DNA of 64,000 nucleotides from Eledone cirrhosa. Its lineage: Eukaryota. Made by a program: the position numbers and the translations under genes. The notes under the pieces are model-generated. The model ran no database searches, was not told where the DNA came from, and saw only the letters and a program-made list of their open reading frames with translations. This document shows, piece after piece, positions 51,402 to 64,000 of this stretch. The stretch lies in assembly GCA_964016885.1 (NCBI GenBank), contig OZ024741.1, forward strand, positions 41,726,001-41,790,000, given 5' to 3'. Within the stretch, counting starts at the first letter, position 1, and each line of letters starts with the position of its first letter.

Positions 51402-51663
51402 TTAATCCTGGGATGGTCGTGGGGGAAGAGTCCCGAAACACTCCTTCCAGTGAGTCCTGTCAGAATCAACTGTCTCCAACTGATCCGACTAGATCCCCAA
51501 GCAAGACCAGCCCCAAGCTCATGGATGTTATTCAACTATCTTGCTCAGGGTCTAACCCTGGGACTCCTGCTGGTTGGTTTTGCCCGTAAAATCTATCCAG
51601 CAATTCTTTCCTGAGACATTCTAACCACATGCCCATAGCATCGGAGCTGTGATGTCTCAATTC
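51402..51663 (-). pseudogene. Old RTE C-terminal relic (different family)
   Basis: Minus strand translates IETSQLRCYGHVVRMSQERIAG*ILRAKPTSRSPRVRP. Confidence 0.7.
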
Positions 51664-52968
51664 AGAAAATTTATATTATAAATTATAAACTAATTCTAAT
51701 TGTCTCTCTTTCTTCCAAGCCTTAATTTTGAAAGGAAAAATAGTTTTATAGATTTCATTTTCAGCTATTCATTAAACCTTTTCTTACTCTTGTTCCCATA
51801 TTTGAAATGTAGCTTATAAAAGGTTCTTACATAAAAGTATGAAGGAAGATTTTTTGATAAAATATAAACAATGTAAAACAAGAAACTTCTGTATCATGGA
51901 ATCAGGAATAGTCTTAGGCAGTTTGGTATCTAAAGGGTTAAAACTATAGTTATTTCATTGTGCTGCCATTTTAAGTTTTCTTTTATAACACAAAGTGTCT
52001 ATTTGCAGAAAGATTCTCTGGACTAAGTAATTTATTATTATTATCATCATTATTCAGTAATCTTTTGACAATGTAATCAATTTATAAACTTGTTTTATTT
52101 GCTTGTGGTGTAACTTTTGGGGTATTTTTGTAGGAAAATATATCTTTATCTCATTCACATTACTCATTACACATTCAATGAACGATACTTAACTCATTTT
52201 TTGTGTTCTCTCTTTCCTCCAGGAATTCACCCATCAATCCTAGATAACCAATCAACTCTAATATAAAATGTGCTTACCTTAGCTTTAGAGAAGATAGAGA
52301 AATCTATTGTTATCACAAAAAGAAAGGAAGCCCTTAAAATGGTTTTCAATCACTGCAAACTTCTGACTCAATAGTATTTCTTTTAACTTCAGTATTCATC
52401 TATTTTCTTTTTAACAAGATTTTCTTCAATCAAATTTAAGAAATTAAATTTTCCCTTTCTATCACATCATGTAACAAGATCTAAAGCATGTAACTGAATT
52501 CCCTAAAGCTAGATTACAGATTCAAGGAGTTTTGACAATGTCCAAAGAAAAAATAAATTTGATAGATTCAATTTCTACTTCACACCACCTTACACAATCA
52601 CTCTTCCTCAAAGTTATCAATTTATATTCATTTAGATATAAAAGAAAAGTAAATTTGTCTATCAAACGATGTACTTTATAAATTCCAAGCTTTCATAATA
52701 TCTGCAATAAAGAATTTTTCTCTTTTATTTTTTTTTCCTTAATTTCGTACTTCACTATTAAAAGAGTTGATGTAATTTCATTTTAGGAAATCTTACACCC
52801 TCACAAAAGCAGGTATCTTGTTAAAAGTTATCAACAAGACAATGTCAAAATATATCCATAAATATAGGTATAACACTGATATTCCAACAACTGATGGTCT
52901 GGTATTGCATTTTATTTGATCAAAATTATGAGGGAACATTGGAATTTCCTACAACACACTAGACTTAA

Positions 52969-53186
52969 CCCTTTAGCATTCACATTACTCTATATATATA
53001 TACTATTATATTTTCATGGTAAAGGCTTTACCTCACATATCTCACATAATATCGAATCTGAGATTTTGAAAGTATTTATTTTGAGAACAATAGCGTAACA
53101 TCAGTTTGAGCGACCAGTTACAGCCAGTTTCAACAGAAAGAGGTAGAGAATTCTGGCCGGTTTTGCCCGGTTTGAACATTAAAGGG
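52969..53186. mobile_element. piggyBac-type MITE (family C)
   Basis: TTAA|ccctttagcatt ... aaaggg|TTAA. Confidence 0.88.
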
Positions 53187-53404
53187 TTAATTCAGGTAAG
53201 AGGCTACTGCTAGGCATTAGATATGATTTTAAACATTTATGCCTTCATAATCATTATAGTTGATGAGCTAGGGTGGGTCTTCCTGGCTTCATATTATGCT
53301 TCTAGTGAATGTAGTCTGGTAAAATGGATAATCTTGAAGAGGTCTGAAACCAAGGGTGCCAAAGCATCGGCCTTATATCTGTAGTTAAACAAACAGAAAA
53401 TTGT

Positions 53405-53746
53405 CTTGATGTTTGCTACATAAGGATGCTACATGTAGCCCTTGATCTGAAGTGGCAGCAGAACACAATGAATGAATGTCTCTATGGAGACCTCCCAAAA
53501 GTAAGTGAAAATATCAGAGAATGTCAACTCCATCTATCAAGACATTGTGTACAATATCCAGAAAAAGAAGTATCAAAGCTGATCCTGTGGGTTCCATGGC
53601 ATAAGGTGGGTAGGCATGGTGGACATCATGTGAGATATATCAACAACCTGGAATCTGTCCAGGATCTGAAGGTAGTAATGATGGACAGAGAAGTGTTGAA
53701 TAGGAACTTTGTTGCTTTGGCCTGTGCAGGAGGAACATGCCCATAG
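53405..53746 (+). pseudogene. Old RTE/RTEX-like RT C-terminal relic
   Basis: LDVCYIRMLHVALDLKWQQ..LYGDLPKVSENIRECQLHLSRHC resembles the RTE-group C-terminus. Confidence 0.7.
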
Positions 53747-55371
53747 AAAGATATTAATAGTTGCCACCACATAAAGATCTGTCTAAGTTTTACAAGTGCT
53801 ATAACTAGACACAGATGACAACATTCTGAATGTAAGAATTTGCATAGCATATTGTTTAACAAATATAACAGCTCTTTTTTGGTTGAAATTTAAATTATTT
53901 CATAGTTATTGTTGCAGTGGAACTGTATCAGTGACCATATCACAAATAGTGAAACAAAACGTTTAACACCAAGAAATATGTGATAAATGTAAAGTGAATT
54001 TAACAGGTTTTTTTATGATTTTATATGTGATTGCTTTAGTTTCAACACACAATCTCAGATTAAGATAATTTTTAAAAAGTACAACTAAATTTTGTAATCT
54101 TCAGCTAAATTACCCAAACTCTGAAGAACACTGTTACATGCTGACAAAAGATAATAACTGTGCAACAACTTTACTATATAAAACACTGATTCTCATAGAC
54201 AATCTATACAAATACTAAAGAGTTACAGTGGAACTGTGTTAGTGACCAGGTACAAATAATGCAACATAAATGTTGACGCCAAGAATGAAATGATAAATAG
54301 CAAGTGAATTTAATAACTGAAATAAATCTTCCATAGTTGGATATGTTATTGACCAGTCAGTACTCAGGCAGAACCATTGACCTTCAGTTAGGGTAGAAGG
54401 ATGCATCCTGCTGACATATGTTCCTGTACTCTATTGACTGTTCCTGGGTTGAACAACATACAATCTTGCATTCTACCATGTGCATTTTATTATGGCCTCA
54501 ACATTAGGGAAGTTTTCATATGCTATTACCAACTATTTTACAGAGTGTACTGGGTGTGCTTATCATGTAGATCACCAACACTATGGAGTTTGTCATGTCT
54601 ATGGCACAGCTGAAGAATCCTTCTGATTCTTTGTTTGGAAGATTTTCTCTGCTAGATGCCCTAGCTATCAATTTAATTGCTTTAGTTCCAGCACACAGTC
54701 TCAGTTCAAGTCACTTGCCAGACAAATACAACTCCATTTTATTTATTTATTTCTCCTTTCTCCTGTCACTTCTTCGAGCCAACTCACTTCTGGCCACTGA
54801 TTTCTATATTTTGAGGTAAAAATGTTATCCGCTGCCATCATTGATGGCATTTTGTTGTTTTAACAGCTTCCTTACGCTGAGTTTTCCCATTTTCCTATGA
54901 ATTCTAATACACTTGTGTCTCAAACTCGATGTTCAAGTTAAGTTAGCTTAAACTCCATAGTTATTGGGTTTCAGGAACTGGCAAAACTGCCATCTAAACA
55001 TAAATGGCAAATTGGCAGAGACATTAGAATAGAGGATAAGATGCCTTGCAGTAATTGTTCCAGCTCACTGCATGCTGAATTTAAATCCATGTTGGTTGGT
55101 ACATTTATTAATTCAATGGAGCCTTCTTATTCGGTGATGTATTCGTTTTGAGAATTTATATTTATATTTATATGTTTAACTGATGGTAAATCAATGATAA
55201 ACATTGATTGCTAACTAAATTACTAAAAAAAATATAAGAATATACTGAAGTAAAAACTAAACCAACAGTGAGTGTGTTTTACTATTCTTTGCAATATAGG
55301 ACAACATGACCCTTCCCAAATATAACCTTCTTATTATTTTTCATTAGTTTAGTTTTAAAATAGTGAAAGAG

Positions 55372-55577
55372 CAGTGGTACCTTACCTTACCTTTCATGGA
55401 ACCCCTATACTGGTATTTTACATACACATCCTCGCCTACAATCCTAATTATAATAAAACAAAATTTATTTCGGAAAAAGAATTTATTCATCTAAAAAGAA
55501 TTATGAATTTGTATTATAAGACACCTTATCATGCAGAAACTCAGAATCTTTTTATGGAACCAACTTTGGAAGCACTG
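55372..55577. mobile_element. hAT-type MITE related to 30624-30807
   Basis: Ends cagtggtacc / tttggaagcactg; internal ggaacccc motifs; TSD not evident. Confidence 0.55.
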
Positions 55578-55816
55578 ATGTCAAGTAATAAGAATTACCA
55601 ATATGCTGTGACACAGACTATATAAGATTAGAAAACTTTCTGCACCACAGCAATTGAGCTGTGAAGATAAACTAAGCTGATACCTAGTAACTAAAGCTAA
55701 GAAAAAGTTTCTTATGACACTCTAAAGTGGTAGTATTGGTGCCACAATAAAATGCAGCCAGTACACTGTAAAGTGATTGAAGTTCTGAAACTATGCAAAA
55801 AATGGAGTGTATGAGC

Positions 55817-56094
55817 AGGTTTGGATTTAGACCTTTGCTGGCCCAGGGCATTTCAGGTTTGGGGGACCCTCTCATACACAATAAATTAGAATACCCAGCA
55901 AACTCCCCAACTTTGTATATCAAAGTTAGCTTGGTGCAAGTAATTGGAATTGAAACATTATACGTACAGATATTAAATAAAAAAAATTCTAACCATCCTG
56001 AAACTAAAAAGCCCAGCTGAGGGCACAAATAAATTATTACTACAGCTGTCGCTGGTGGGGCCCTGGAGCAATTGCCTTCTATTAAATCTGGCAC
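55817..56094 (-). mobile_element. DNA transposon family E
   Basis: Reverse complement of 3700-3945; TIR-like caggtttggattta / taaatctggca. Confidence 0.65.
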
Positions 56095-56430
56095 AGTGTA
56101 TGAGTAAGTTAGGGTTATCTGACCACACTAGTCCTAGACTATGAAAACCTATTGAACCTGTGCCACCATGGAAAACAGATGTAAAACAATGATGATGTTA
56201 CATAGGTACAATAGTGGAAACAAAGTCAAAGCAAGGAAGAAAACGGAAAGCAGAAATCCTTATAAGTTATCTACCTTTCTGATTCGATTATATGTACAGT
56301 GTTTGTAAATAGTTTGGTTGTATCTATTGACTTTTACGACTTGTATGTGGTTACATAAGAATTATATCAAAATTAGTATTCTTCTAACATCTTGAACACA
56401 TGTAAAATGGCCAACTATTATAGACAATCA

Positions 56431-56460
56431 AGATAAAGAGAGTGTGTGGGTGTTATATAC

Positions 56461-56514
<54 letters not shown>

Positions 56515-56548
56515 GTATGTATATAACACCCACACACTCTCTTTATCT
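56431..56548. repeat. ~118-bp fold-back palindrome centred on (TA)n, followed by a long (GA)n
   Basis: agataaagagagtgtgtgggtgttata(tacat..) mirrored by ..tataacacccacacactctctttatct. Confidence 0.95.
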
Positions 56549-56556
56549 CTCTCTCT

Positions 56557-56689
<133 letters not shown>

Positions 56690-57182
56690 TACATATCTAG
56701 ATATACATACACAAATCCACACACCTCACATACATATACCAATTTCTAACTATTCATAGAATAAGAAACAAAACAAACAGAAAAATGGAAGAAAAAAAGA
56801 GAGAAAGAAGTTAAAGGAAAAAAACAAGAAAAACAACATCAACAACAAAACACAATTTTAGACAATTCTTTGGCCTTATCTGGAACAGACAGTGATTAAT
56901 TTGAACACTTTGGTGAATTTATAGTTTAGATCTATTTACTCAGGAATTACAATGTCTCAAAAAAGAAAACAGGACATATCATCTGAGAAGTTTTAGAAAG
57001 AAATCTCATAAATCTGGATGCATGTCTATGCAAGCTGGCAACATCATTAATGCAGCTTGTATAGTTTGGGGTTACCTTTGTAGCTGGCATACTTGAAATA
57101 TAAGCACTCACAGGCAGCGAATTGGCAAAATTGTTAAAACACATAAGTGGTTGACTGTTCCACAGACATGTGAACCCTTTCA

Positions 57183-57398
57183 CCCTTTAGCATTTAATGT
57201 TACTCAATATATACTCTTATATTTTCACAGTAAAGGCTTAACCATACATAATTATCTCACTGTCAAATCTGAGATTTTGCTATTATTTATTTTGAGAAAA
57301 ATACCTTAACATCAGTATGAGTGGCCAGTTATAACTAGTTTGAACAGAAAGAGGTGAGATAATTGTGGCCGGATACGGTTGGTTTAAATGCTAAAGGG
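57183..57398. mobile_element. piggyBac-type MITE (family C) nested in a minus-strand SINE D
   Basis: ccctttagcattta ... taaatgctaaaggg|TTAA; flanks are the two halves of SINE D. Confidence 0.88.
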
Positions 57399-57630
57399 TT
57401 AAGTAATTCTCCAGCTGGATGACCATGACATAAGATGTGGCAAGGCTGGCCCTTTGAATTATAGGTGCAATTCACCTTGTATATGAATATTGAGAATTTC
57501 ACTGACACGTGTACCCTTTAAGTAATTCCCCAGCTGAATAACTATGACATAATATGTGATAAAAAATAGTGGAAGCATGTGGCCTAGTGTTGGACTTACG
57601 ATCATAATGTCATGGACTCTATCTTTATAC

Positions 57631-57661
<31 letters not shown>

Positions 57662-57671
57662 AACTCCCACT

Positions 57672-57955
57672 CCATGCTGTAAAATGGAGGGGTGAATACG
57701 GCATCCGAATCCAGTAAGACAACCTCTCTAGTGCTGGTGGCACGAATAAAAGCACCTAGTCCATGCTGTAAAATGGAGAGGTAGAGAGGGCCACTGAGTC
57801 CAGTAAGACAACCTCTCTAGTGCTGGTTACATGAATAAAAGCACCCAGTCCATCCTGTAAAGTGGTGCTGGTGTTAGGAAGGGCATCCAACCAGTATATA
57901 CTAATGCCAAAAACTATGAGCACAACAAATGAAAATGATGATGATGATGATGACG
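57672..57955 (+). repeat. ~88-bp tandem duplication running into an RTE-type tail
   Basis: ccatgctgtaaaatggag...ccagtaagacaacctctctagtgctggt twice, then ttaggaagggcatcc and (ATG)n. Confidence 0.8.
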
Positions 57956-58216
57956 ATTCTCAGTGCTTCAGAAGCCAAAAGTTCAGCTTTGTACATTCTA
58001 ATGTAAGTTATTTTCTCAGGTTTAAGAAAGCTAAGGCAACAGACCACAAAATACAATGTAGCCATTTACTTTCTATTGCCAATTACTTCAGAAGGTGGTG
58101 GGGAAGAAGGGATGTAATCTAGTAAAATGAAACAGAAGGAAAAATGATCTTAATTAGTTAGGAAACTAGAAGAAACAAAAGTTCTTATCTACATTAAATA
58201 TAAAGTTGGCTATTTA

Positions 58217-58247
<31 letters not shown>

Positions 58248-58272
58248 GATGTGCGTGTATGTATGTACACAC

Positions 58273-58309
<37 letters not shown>

Positions 58310-58341
58310 AGGGTGGGTGTGTATATATATATGTGTGTGTG

Positions 58342-58398
<57 letters not shown>

Positions 58399-59777
58399 AT
58401 GTATATGTGTATATATATATATAAATGTGTGTGTGTATGTATTTATGTATGTGTGGGTATGATGAAATGCACACGTAAAATGGTACACACATACATACAT
58501 ATTTTGATGATACAAGAAAGACTAGAGATATAAAAGAAAAGATTTTTGCTCAAGTATTCTTTTAATATGAAACTACTTTTATCTTAATAAGAATGTTTTC
58601 TTTATTTTAATAATAATAATAATGGTGGTAATAATAATGGTAATAATAATAACAGTAATAATAAAAAATAAATTTCAACACTTGGTACATTTGTCTAACA
58701 AGAGAAAAGAATTTTTCAGTTCATAGAATGGTTGTTACCATTTTTCTAGCAAAGCTCTGTAGACCAATTAAACAGTCACCAATGCTTTAATGCTTGAATT
58801 AATAAATGAAACCAGTAGTAACAGGTGTTGATTAATGAGAAATATCATCTCCCAATTCTATTGCTTTCATACCATTTTCTAGTCTTCTTAGTAAAAAGCT
58901 TAATTGTTTTAATTCAATTGTACTTGTTTGTTTTGATGCATGTTGTTGTTGTTTTTTTAGTGGGGGTTTTTTTAATGCACCTCAACGTCTTACTGTTTTA
59001 ATTCTTCTCATTAGTATATTTCTAATGAAAGTCACTGCCAAGGACTTTCTATTAATTTGGAGGGATTTAATAAGATAATTAATATTTCATTATTTAGCTG
59101 ATGATTGTAATCCAAATTAGCAAAGTTTCTTATATAGTATTATGAAGAAAGAATTTTAGATATTTATAAACACTTTAGAATAAGCAGCCAAGAATTGTAA
59201 AACTAGAGAAAGTTTTAAGCAGTTTTGTATGAAAAGGGTTAAAAATCAGGAGATTAAATAGAGCTAAGGAAGAGTTAAGATCAGTGGCATTGTTAATACT
59301 TAGTATAGTTTATATGAAACATGTGCAATATGTTGGGTTTAAATGATTTAAGAAAGCAAGTAAAATGCAAGCTAGAAGAGGTGGAAACAGGTGTGAAATA
59401 TAACAAGGCCATCTATTAATAGTAGATAAGAATTATATAAAGCTGATTGGTTATTGTGACCATACCAATCCACACATACCCTTCAATGGCACTACATTTG
59501 GCACCATGGCACTACATTTCCTTTTTTCTTTTGAAAAAGGGTGTGTGAAGTCTGAAATATTATGGAAAAGTTCAAAGTGTAAAATAGTTTGTTTTGTCTA
59601 ACTTTATTCCTGTTTTCACTCCTTTATTTGTAACTTATATAAGTTCTTTGTTTTAAAATTGGCTACCCGCAGGTGTGAGCCCCGCAGAGTGGCCGTCCCA
59701 GCACGTCTCCTTCATCCTACTTCAAGGCACTGTATTCACCATCTTGCCGGCTAGCACCCAGGAGGATAAATTATGAA

Positions 59778-60305
59778 GTGGACGCAAGTATGGCTGTGGT
59801 TGAGAAGATTGCTTTGAAATTATGAGGTCCTGGGTCCAATCACATTACAAAGCATCTTGAGAAAGGGTCACTGGTAGAGAAAAACTGCTTAGAGACCTGT
59901 TAGATGGATTTTACGTATAATTCAAAGGTCCAACCCTGTCACATATTGGGTCGTACTAAATATACCCGAGAATTACTTTAATCCTTTAGCATTTATGTTA
60001 CTATATATTTACTATTGTATTTTCACAGAAAAGCTTTACCTCAATTATCTCACATATTATTGAATCTATGAGATTTTGATGTTATTTCTTTAGAGAACAA
60101 TACCTTAACATCAGTATAAGCAGCCAGTTATGACTGGTTTGAGCAGAAAGGGTGTGAGAAAATTCTAGCCGGATATGGCTGATTTAAATGCTAAAGTGTT
60201 AAGGGCACATATATCTGTGGAATGCTCAGCCACTTGCACATTAATATGAGAAGTCAGTTTGATTGATCAAACAACTAGAACACTCATCTAAACTGACTGA
60301 GACCC
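59778..60305 (+). mobile_element. SINE family D containing a family C MITE (59982-60198)
   Basis: Head tggctgtggttgag..gggtccaatc; gagaattact-TTAA[MITE]TTAA-gggcac. Confidence 0.85.
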
Positions 60306-60799
60306 ATACATAAAGCCGCAACAATCTACTCTTTGTCTTAATGAATCATATGAAACAATTGCAGTGATACTTGAACACAAGTTATCAACAGGACATACTC
60401 ACTCAGTCAATGCAATCACTTGTGCCAAGAATAACAAAACCAAGTTCAGCATATTCAATTAATAGCTTGTTAATCAAGCTTAAACTATTATTAGAGATAT
60501 AATGAGATGCGAATTGAAAGTTGTGCTGTTAATTGCTGCAACAATTGCTTTTCTGTGCCAATATTTCAAGTGAGAAGATATATGGTTTAGTTTGTATTAG
60601 GTGTCCTATATCCAAAACAATTGTAACACTAGCACTAAATAAATAAAGCTTATAGAGTTTGAAATTATCAACTAATATTCCTTTGTCAAAACTTCTTAAC
60701 AATTTGAATCCACTGGCCCAGGCCTCTAATACTAGCCATGTTTAAACTATATCCCGTCAGCCCAATATTTTTGATCTACTGCACACATCTGTTTATTAC

Positions 60800-61122
60800 T
60801 GTTCATCATCATCCTCATCATCATCATTTAACATCCATTTTTCTACGCTAACATGGGTTAGATGAGTTGTACCATTGTGAAACAAGTCAGCTCAGATGAC
60901 TGTGTTTTGTACTCACTGAACTGCTTCTGGCTTGGTTTCTATGGCTGCATGTCCTTCCTAATGCCAACCACATTTACTGTGTGGACTGGGTGCTTTTTTG
61001 TCATGGCACTAAAACCGACATTATTATTAACTTTGCCTTTCATCCTTATGGGGTCGATGAAATAAAGTACCAGTAATGCACTGGGACAATTGCTGGCCTT
61101 GTGCCAAACGTAGAAACAATTA
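60800..61122. mobile_element. Minus-strand RTE-type tail abutting a plus-strand Nin-SINE 3' half
   Basis: (CAT)n..catgggtta..tccttcctaatgccaacc, then tttcatccttatggggtcgatgaaataaagtacc. Confidence 0.8.
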
Positions 61123-61421
61123 TATATAATAAAGGTATATATCAAGCCATATATGATATGTTTATTTATAGTAAACATATATAAGTCTTGCTATGAGTGT
61201 TTAAGCAGTGATCATATCACAGCTTCTATTTCAGTAGTTGTGTGAGAACACTAGACACTAGTATTTCAGGATTTATTATCCATCGTCAGTGAGATTTATT
61301 TTTCAGTACTGAGATAAAGATTAACTAGATCTTATATATTTTTTGCATATAAAACATATGTTGGGGACGTTCATTTACATATAGCACATACTTGACTAGC
61401 TGGGATTATCCCACCAGCCTA

Positions 61422-61735
61422 CTCTCAGGTCTTGAATAATCGACCCCCACCACCGCTTTTTTCCAACCCCCTCACTTTTATTCCAAACCTCTTACTTATT
61501 AAATTTTGCTAATCTATTTTCTGAGAAATGTTATTGTGAGTGATTCATATTGATACAGCAGCTGGAGAATCTAATAATTATTTCATTTTACATTAAAAAA
61601 AAACATTATATATGACAAAAAAATAACATTACAAGAAAACCCATATTTACAAACATACACTATACAATTACCAATTTCTCAACTCCCCCCACCCCTACTT
61701 ATTACCCTCCACCCCTATTATTTGGGACCCAAGAG
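61422..61735. mobile_element. Tc1/mariner-type MITE
   Basis: TA|ctctcaggtcttgaataat ... attatttgggacccaagag|TA; imperfect 19-bp TIR with TA flanks. Confidence 0.65.
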
Positions 61736-62254
61736 TACTTGTTCTACTGCACACTTCTGTTGACTACTTTTGTACACTCCACTTTCTACAAAAAACAGCA
61801 GCTGTTTTACATTACTGATTTATCTGAAGTTTTTTGGGAAGGCACTGCAATGATTTTTGTCAAATTCATACATTTATAACGTTTTTCCAGGTTTAATTGA
61901 CAGATATTACATTTTTTCAGAAATTTTCATACAGCTGCCTAGGGCCGATGATCACACGGGGACATTGAAAGCTTTGATCTATACCTATTGTATATTGCAA
62001 TGGTTAGTATAGCAATGTTAAGACAAACAAACAAAAAATGACATAATAATTATATATAAATCATTATTTTTATTTTAATATTTCATTACATTTTCTCTAA
62101 ACAAAATATTTTGAAAATGTCTATCTACTGACAGATTTATTAATTAAATTCAATGTTTCAATTAAGAAAAAAAACATGGCTTTCCATTATTTATGATTTT
62201 TTTATCTTATTTAATATATATATCGTTTCTGAATTTGTTTAGCAAGATTCTTTA

Positions 62255-62285
<31 letters not shown>

Positions 62286-62825
62286 TTTTTCAAAGTATAA
62301 ATAATTTATCAGCCTCAAGAGATTTTGCTTGGTCACCATTCTCTTATTGTCTTGACTGATATTGTTTGTGTAATTCAATTAAATAATCTCGAGAATACGT
62401 CATGTTTATCTAGTTTGTTACTATCGCTTTTGGCTGGAGGAAGATCGCAAACAAAAACAAAAAAAAATGAGATATAGAAATTGATAAACCACAAGGTAAC
62501 AAATCTATTATTTATCAACAGTATTGGTACTATTGAATAGCTCCAAGTCATTTCTTTTATCTGCTAGTATTTCAGCAAGTTAATCTTTATATGTCTGCAA
62601 CTATATATTCTCTATTTACATCATGGAATGGTTATATTAACTATTCAAAAAAAACACAAAAAACTGTTCAATTCACTTTACATTTATCATTTATTTTTTA
62701 TTATCAATATTTCTGTTGCATTATTTTGCGAACTAGTTACTGACATCATGAATTAAATCATAAAATTAAAGTGAATTTAGCCCTTTTGAAGCCAACCTAC
62801 CCCAAACTGCCTCTGGTTCTATTAA

Positions 62826-63021
62826 CCCTTTAGCATTTACATTACTCTATATTTACTATTGTATTTTCACGGTAAAGGGTTTACCTCACATATCAAATCT
62901 ACGAGATTTTGATATTTATTTCGAGAACAATACCTTAACATGAGTAGCTGGTTACAGCCAGTGTGGACAGAAAGAGGTGAGAGAATTCTGGCGAGATACA
63001 GCTTGTTTAAATGCTAAAGGG
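62826..63021. mobile_element. piggyBac-type MITE (family C)
   Basis: TTAA|ccctttagcattta ... taaatgctaaaggg|TTAA; perfect 14-bp TIR. Confidence 0.92.
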
Positions 63022-63662
63022 TTAAATAATATAACCCGTTTTGATAGGTTCCAATTTAAATTAAAATCTTCCAACATAATTTAACATAAGAACCTTTTGT
63101 ATATTACAAACACCATATTAACAATGAAATAATTATTTTAGTTAATTCTCCAAATTCTTCATTAAATCATTCAAATACAGTGCATTTTAATTATAAATCT
63201 GATAATGAAAGGGTTAACAGTTTTTGTGTTATTAGCTAGTTAAATATTCTTCGACAGTGAAATAGCTTTAGTTTCAACACACTGTCTCAGATTAAGTTAC
63301 TTGTCAAACAAGTACAACCCTGATATTTTATGTTTGTTTAAGAGATTTAATCAATTCAGCACAGCCCAGCTCAACTCAGCTTAAATAAATTCATATTAAT
63401 AAGAGTGTAAGAATTCTTGTATTGTATACATTGTATAGCACAGGTATAGAACCTCAGCTCTTTAATCTATCTCATGTGGCTTATAGTTACTCTTGATTTC
63501 AGTTGTGCCATAGACATGACAACCTTCCTAGTGTTGGTGATCTATGGTAATGATAAACACACCCAGTACACTGTAAAATAGTTGATAATAGGAAGGACAT
63601 CCAGCATAGGAAACCTGCCAAACAAAGAATCAGAAGGATTCTTCAGCTATGTCAAAGATATA

Positions 63663-63847
63663 ACTGTTTCTACTATTGGCACAAGGCCAGAAATTACCCA
63701 GTACATTACTGGTACTTTATTTTATCGACCCCGTAAGGATGAAAGGCAAAGTTAACCTCGGCGGGATTTGAACTCAGAATAGCAAGGGCCGTAACTCTAT
63801 GCATCAAAGCATGGCGTCCGACCCTCTACCGATACTGCCAATCCACA
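63663..63847 (-). mobile_element. Nin-domain SINE (family B)
   Basis: Closely matches 18162-18338 and 36299-36489. Confidence 0.9.
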
Positions 63848-64000
63848 ACAACTTCCCAAGTGTTGAGGCCATGATAAACTGCACTTGGTAGAATGCAGGT
63901 TTGTCTGTTGGTTCACCTAGGAGCAATCAATAGAGTACAGAAACATATGTCAACAAGATGCATCCCTCTAGCCCACCTGGAGGTCAGTGGTTCTGCCGAG

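Overview
AT-rich, microsatellite-dense eukaryotic DNA. The SINE/LINE repertoire looks cephalopod, probably octopod (inferred from repeat families only). It reads as a very large intron or intergenic block: no multi-exon host gene can be assembled, and nearly all ORF-track entries are microsatellite artefacts. The real coding sequence is retrotransposon-derived: (i) a near full-length but disabled CR1-clade LINE (~19.9-24.6 kb; PHD-like ORF1, APE-RT ORF2) and a 5'-truncated copy with an uninterrupted RT ORF (39.4-41.8 kb); (ii) four 5'-truncated copies of an RTE-clade LINE with a complete PHD finger inside the reverse transcriptase; (iii) relics of CRE and older RTE elements. Non-coding repeats include tRNA-derived CORE-SINEs and Nin-domain SINEs, a TTAA/piggyBac-type MITE family (7 full copies), hAT- and Tc1-type MITEs, a non-autonomous Helitron and Penelope-like fragments. 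Main candidates for follow-up: a canonical G_GGA_AAC -1 slippery site at the CR1 ORF1/ORF2 junction where ORF2 lacks a usable AUG; the PHD-in-RT architecture, with three copies truncated just upstream of it; an intact minimal type I hammerhead ribozyme at 24899-24959; a minus-strand YAG|GTGAGT recursive-splice-like site with a 28-nt exon; and one SINE position hit three times by insertions.
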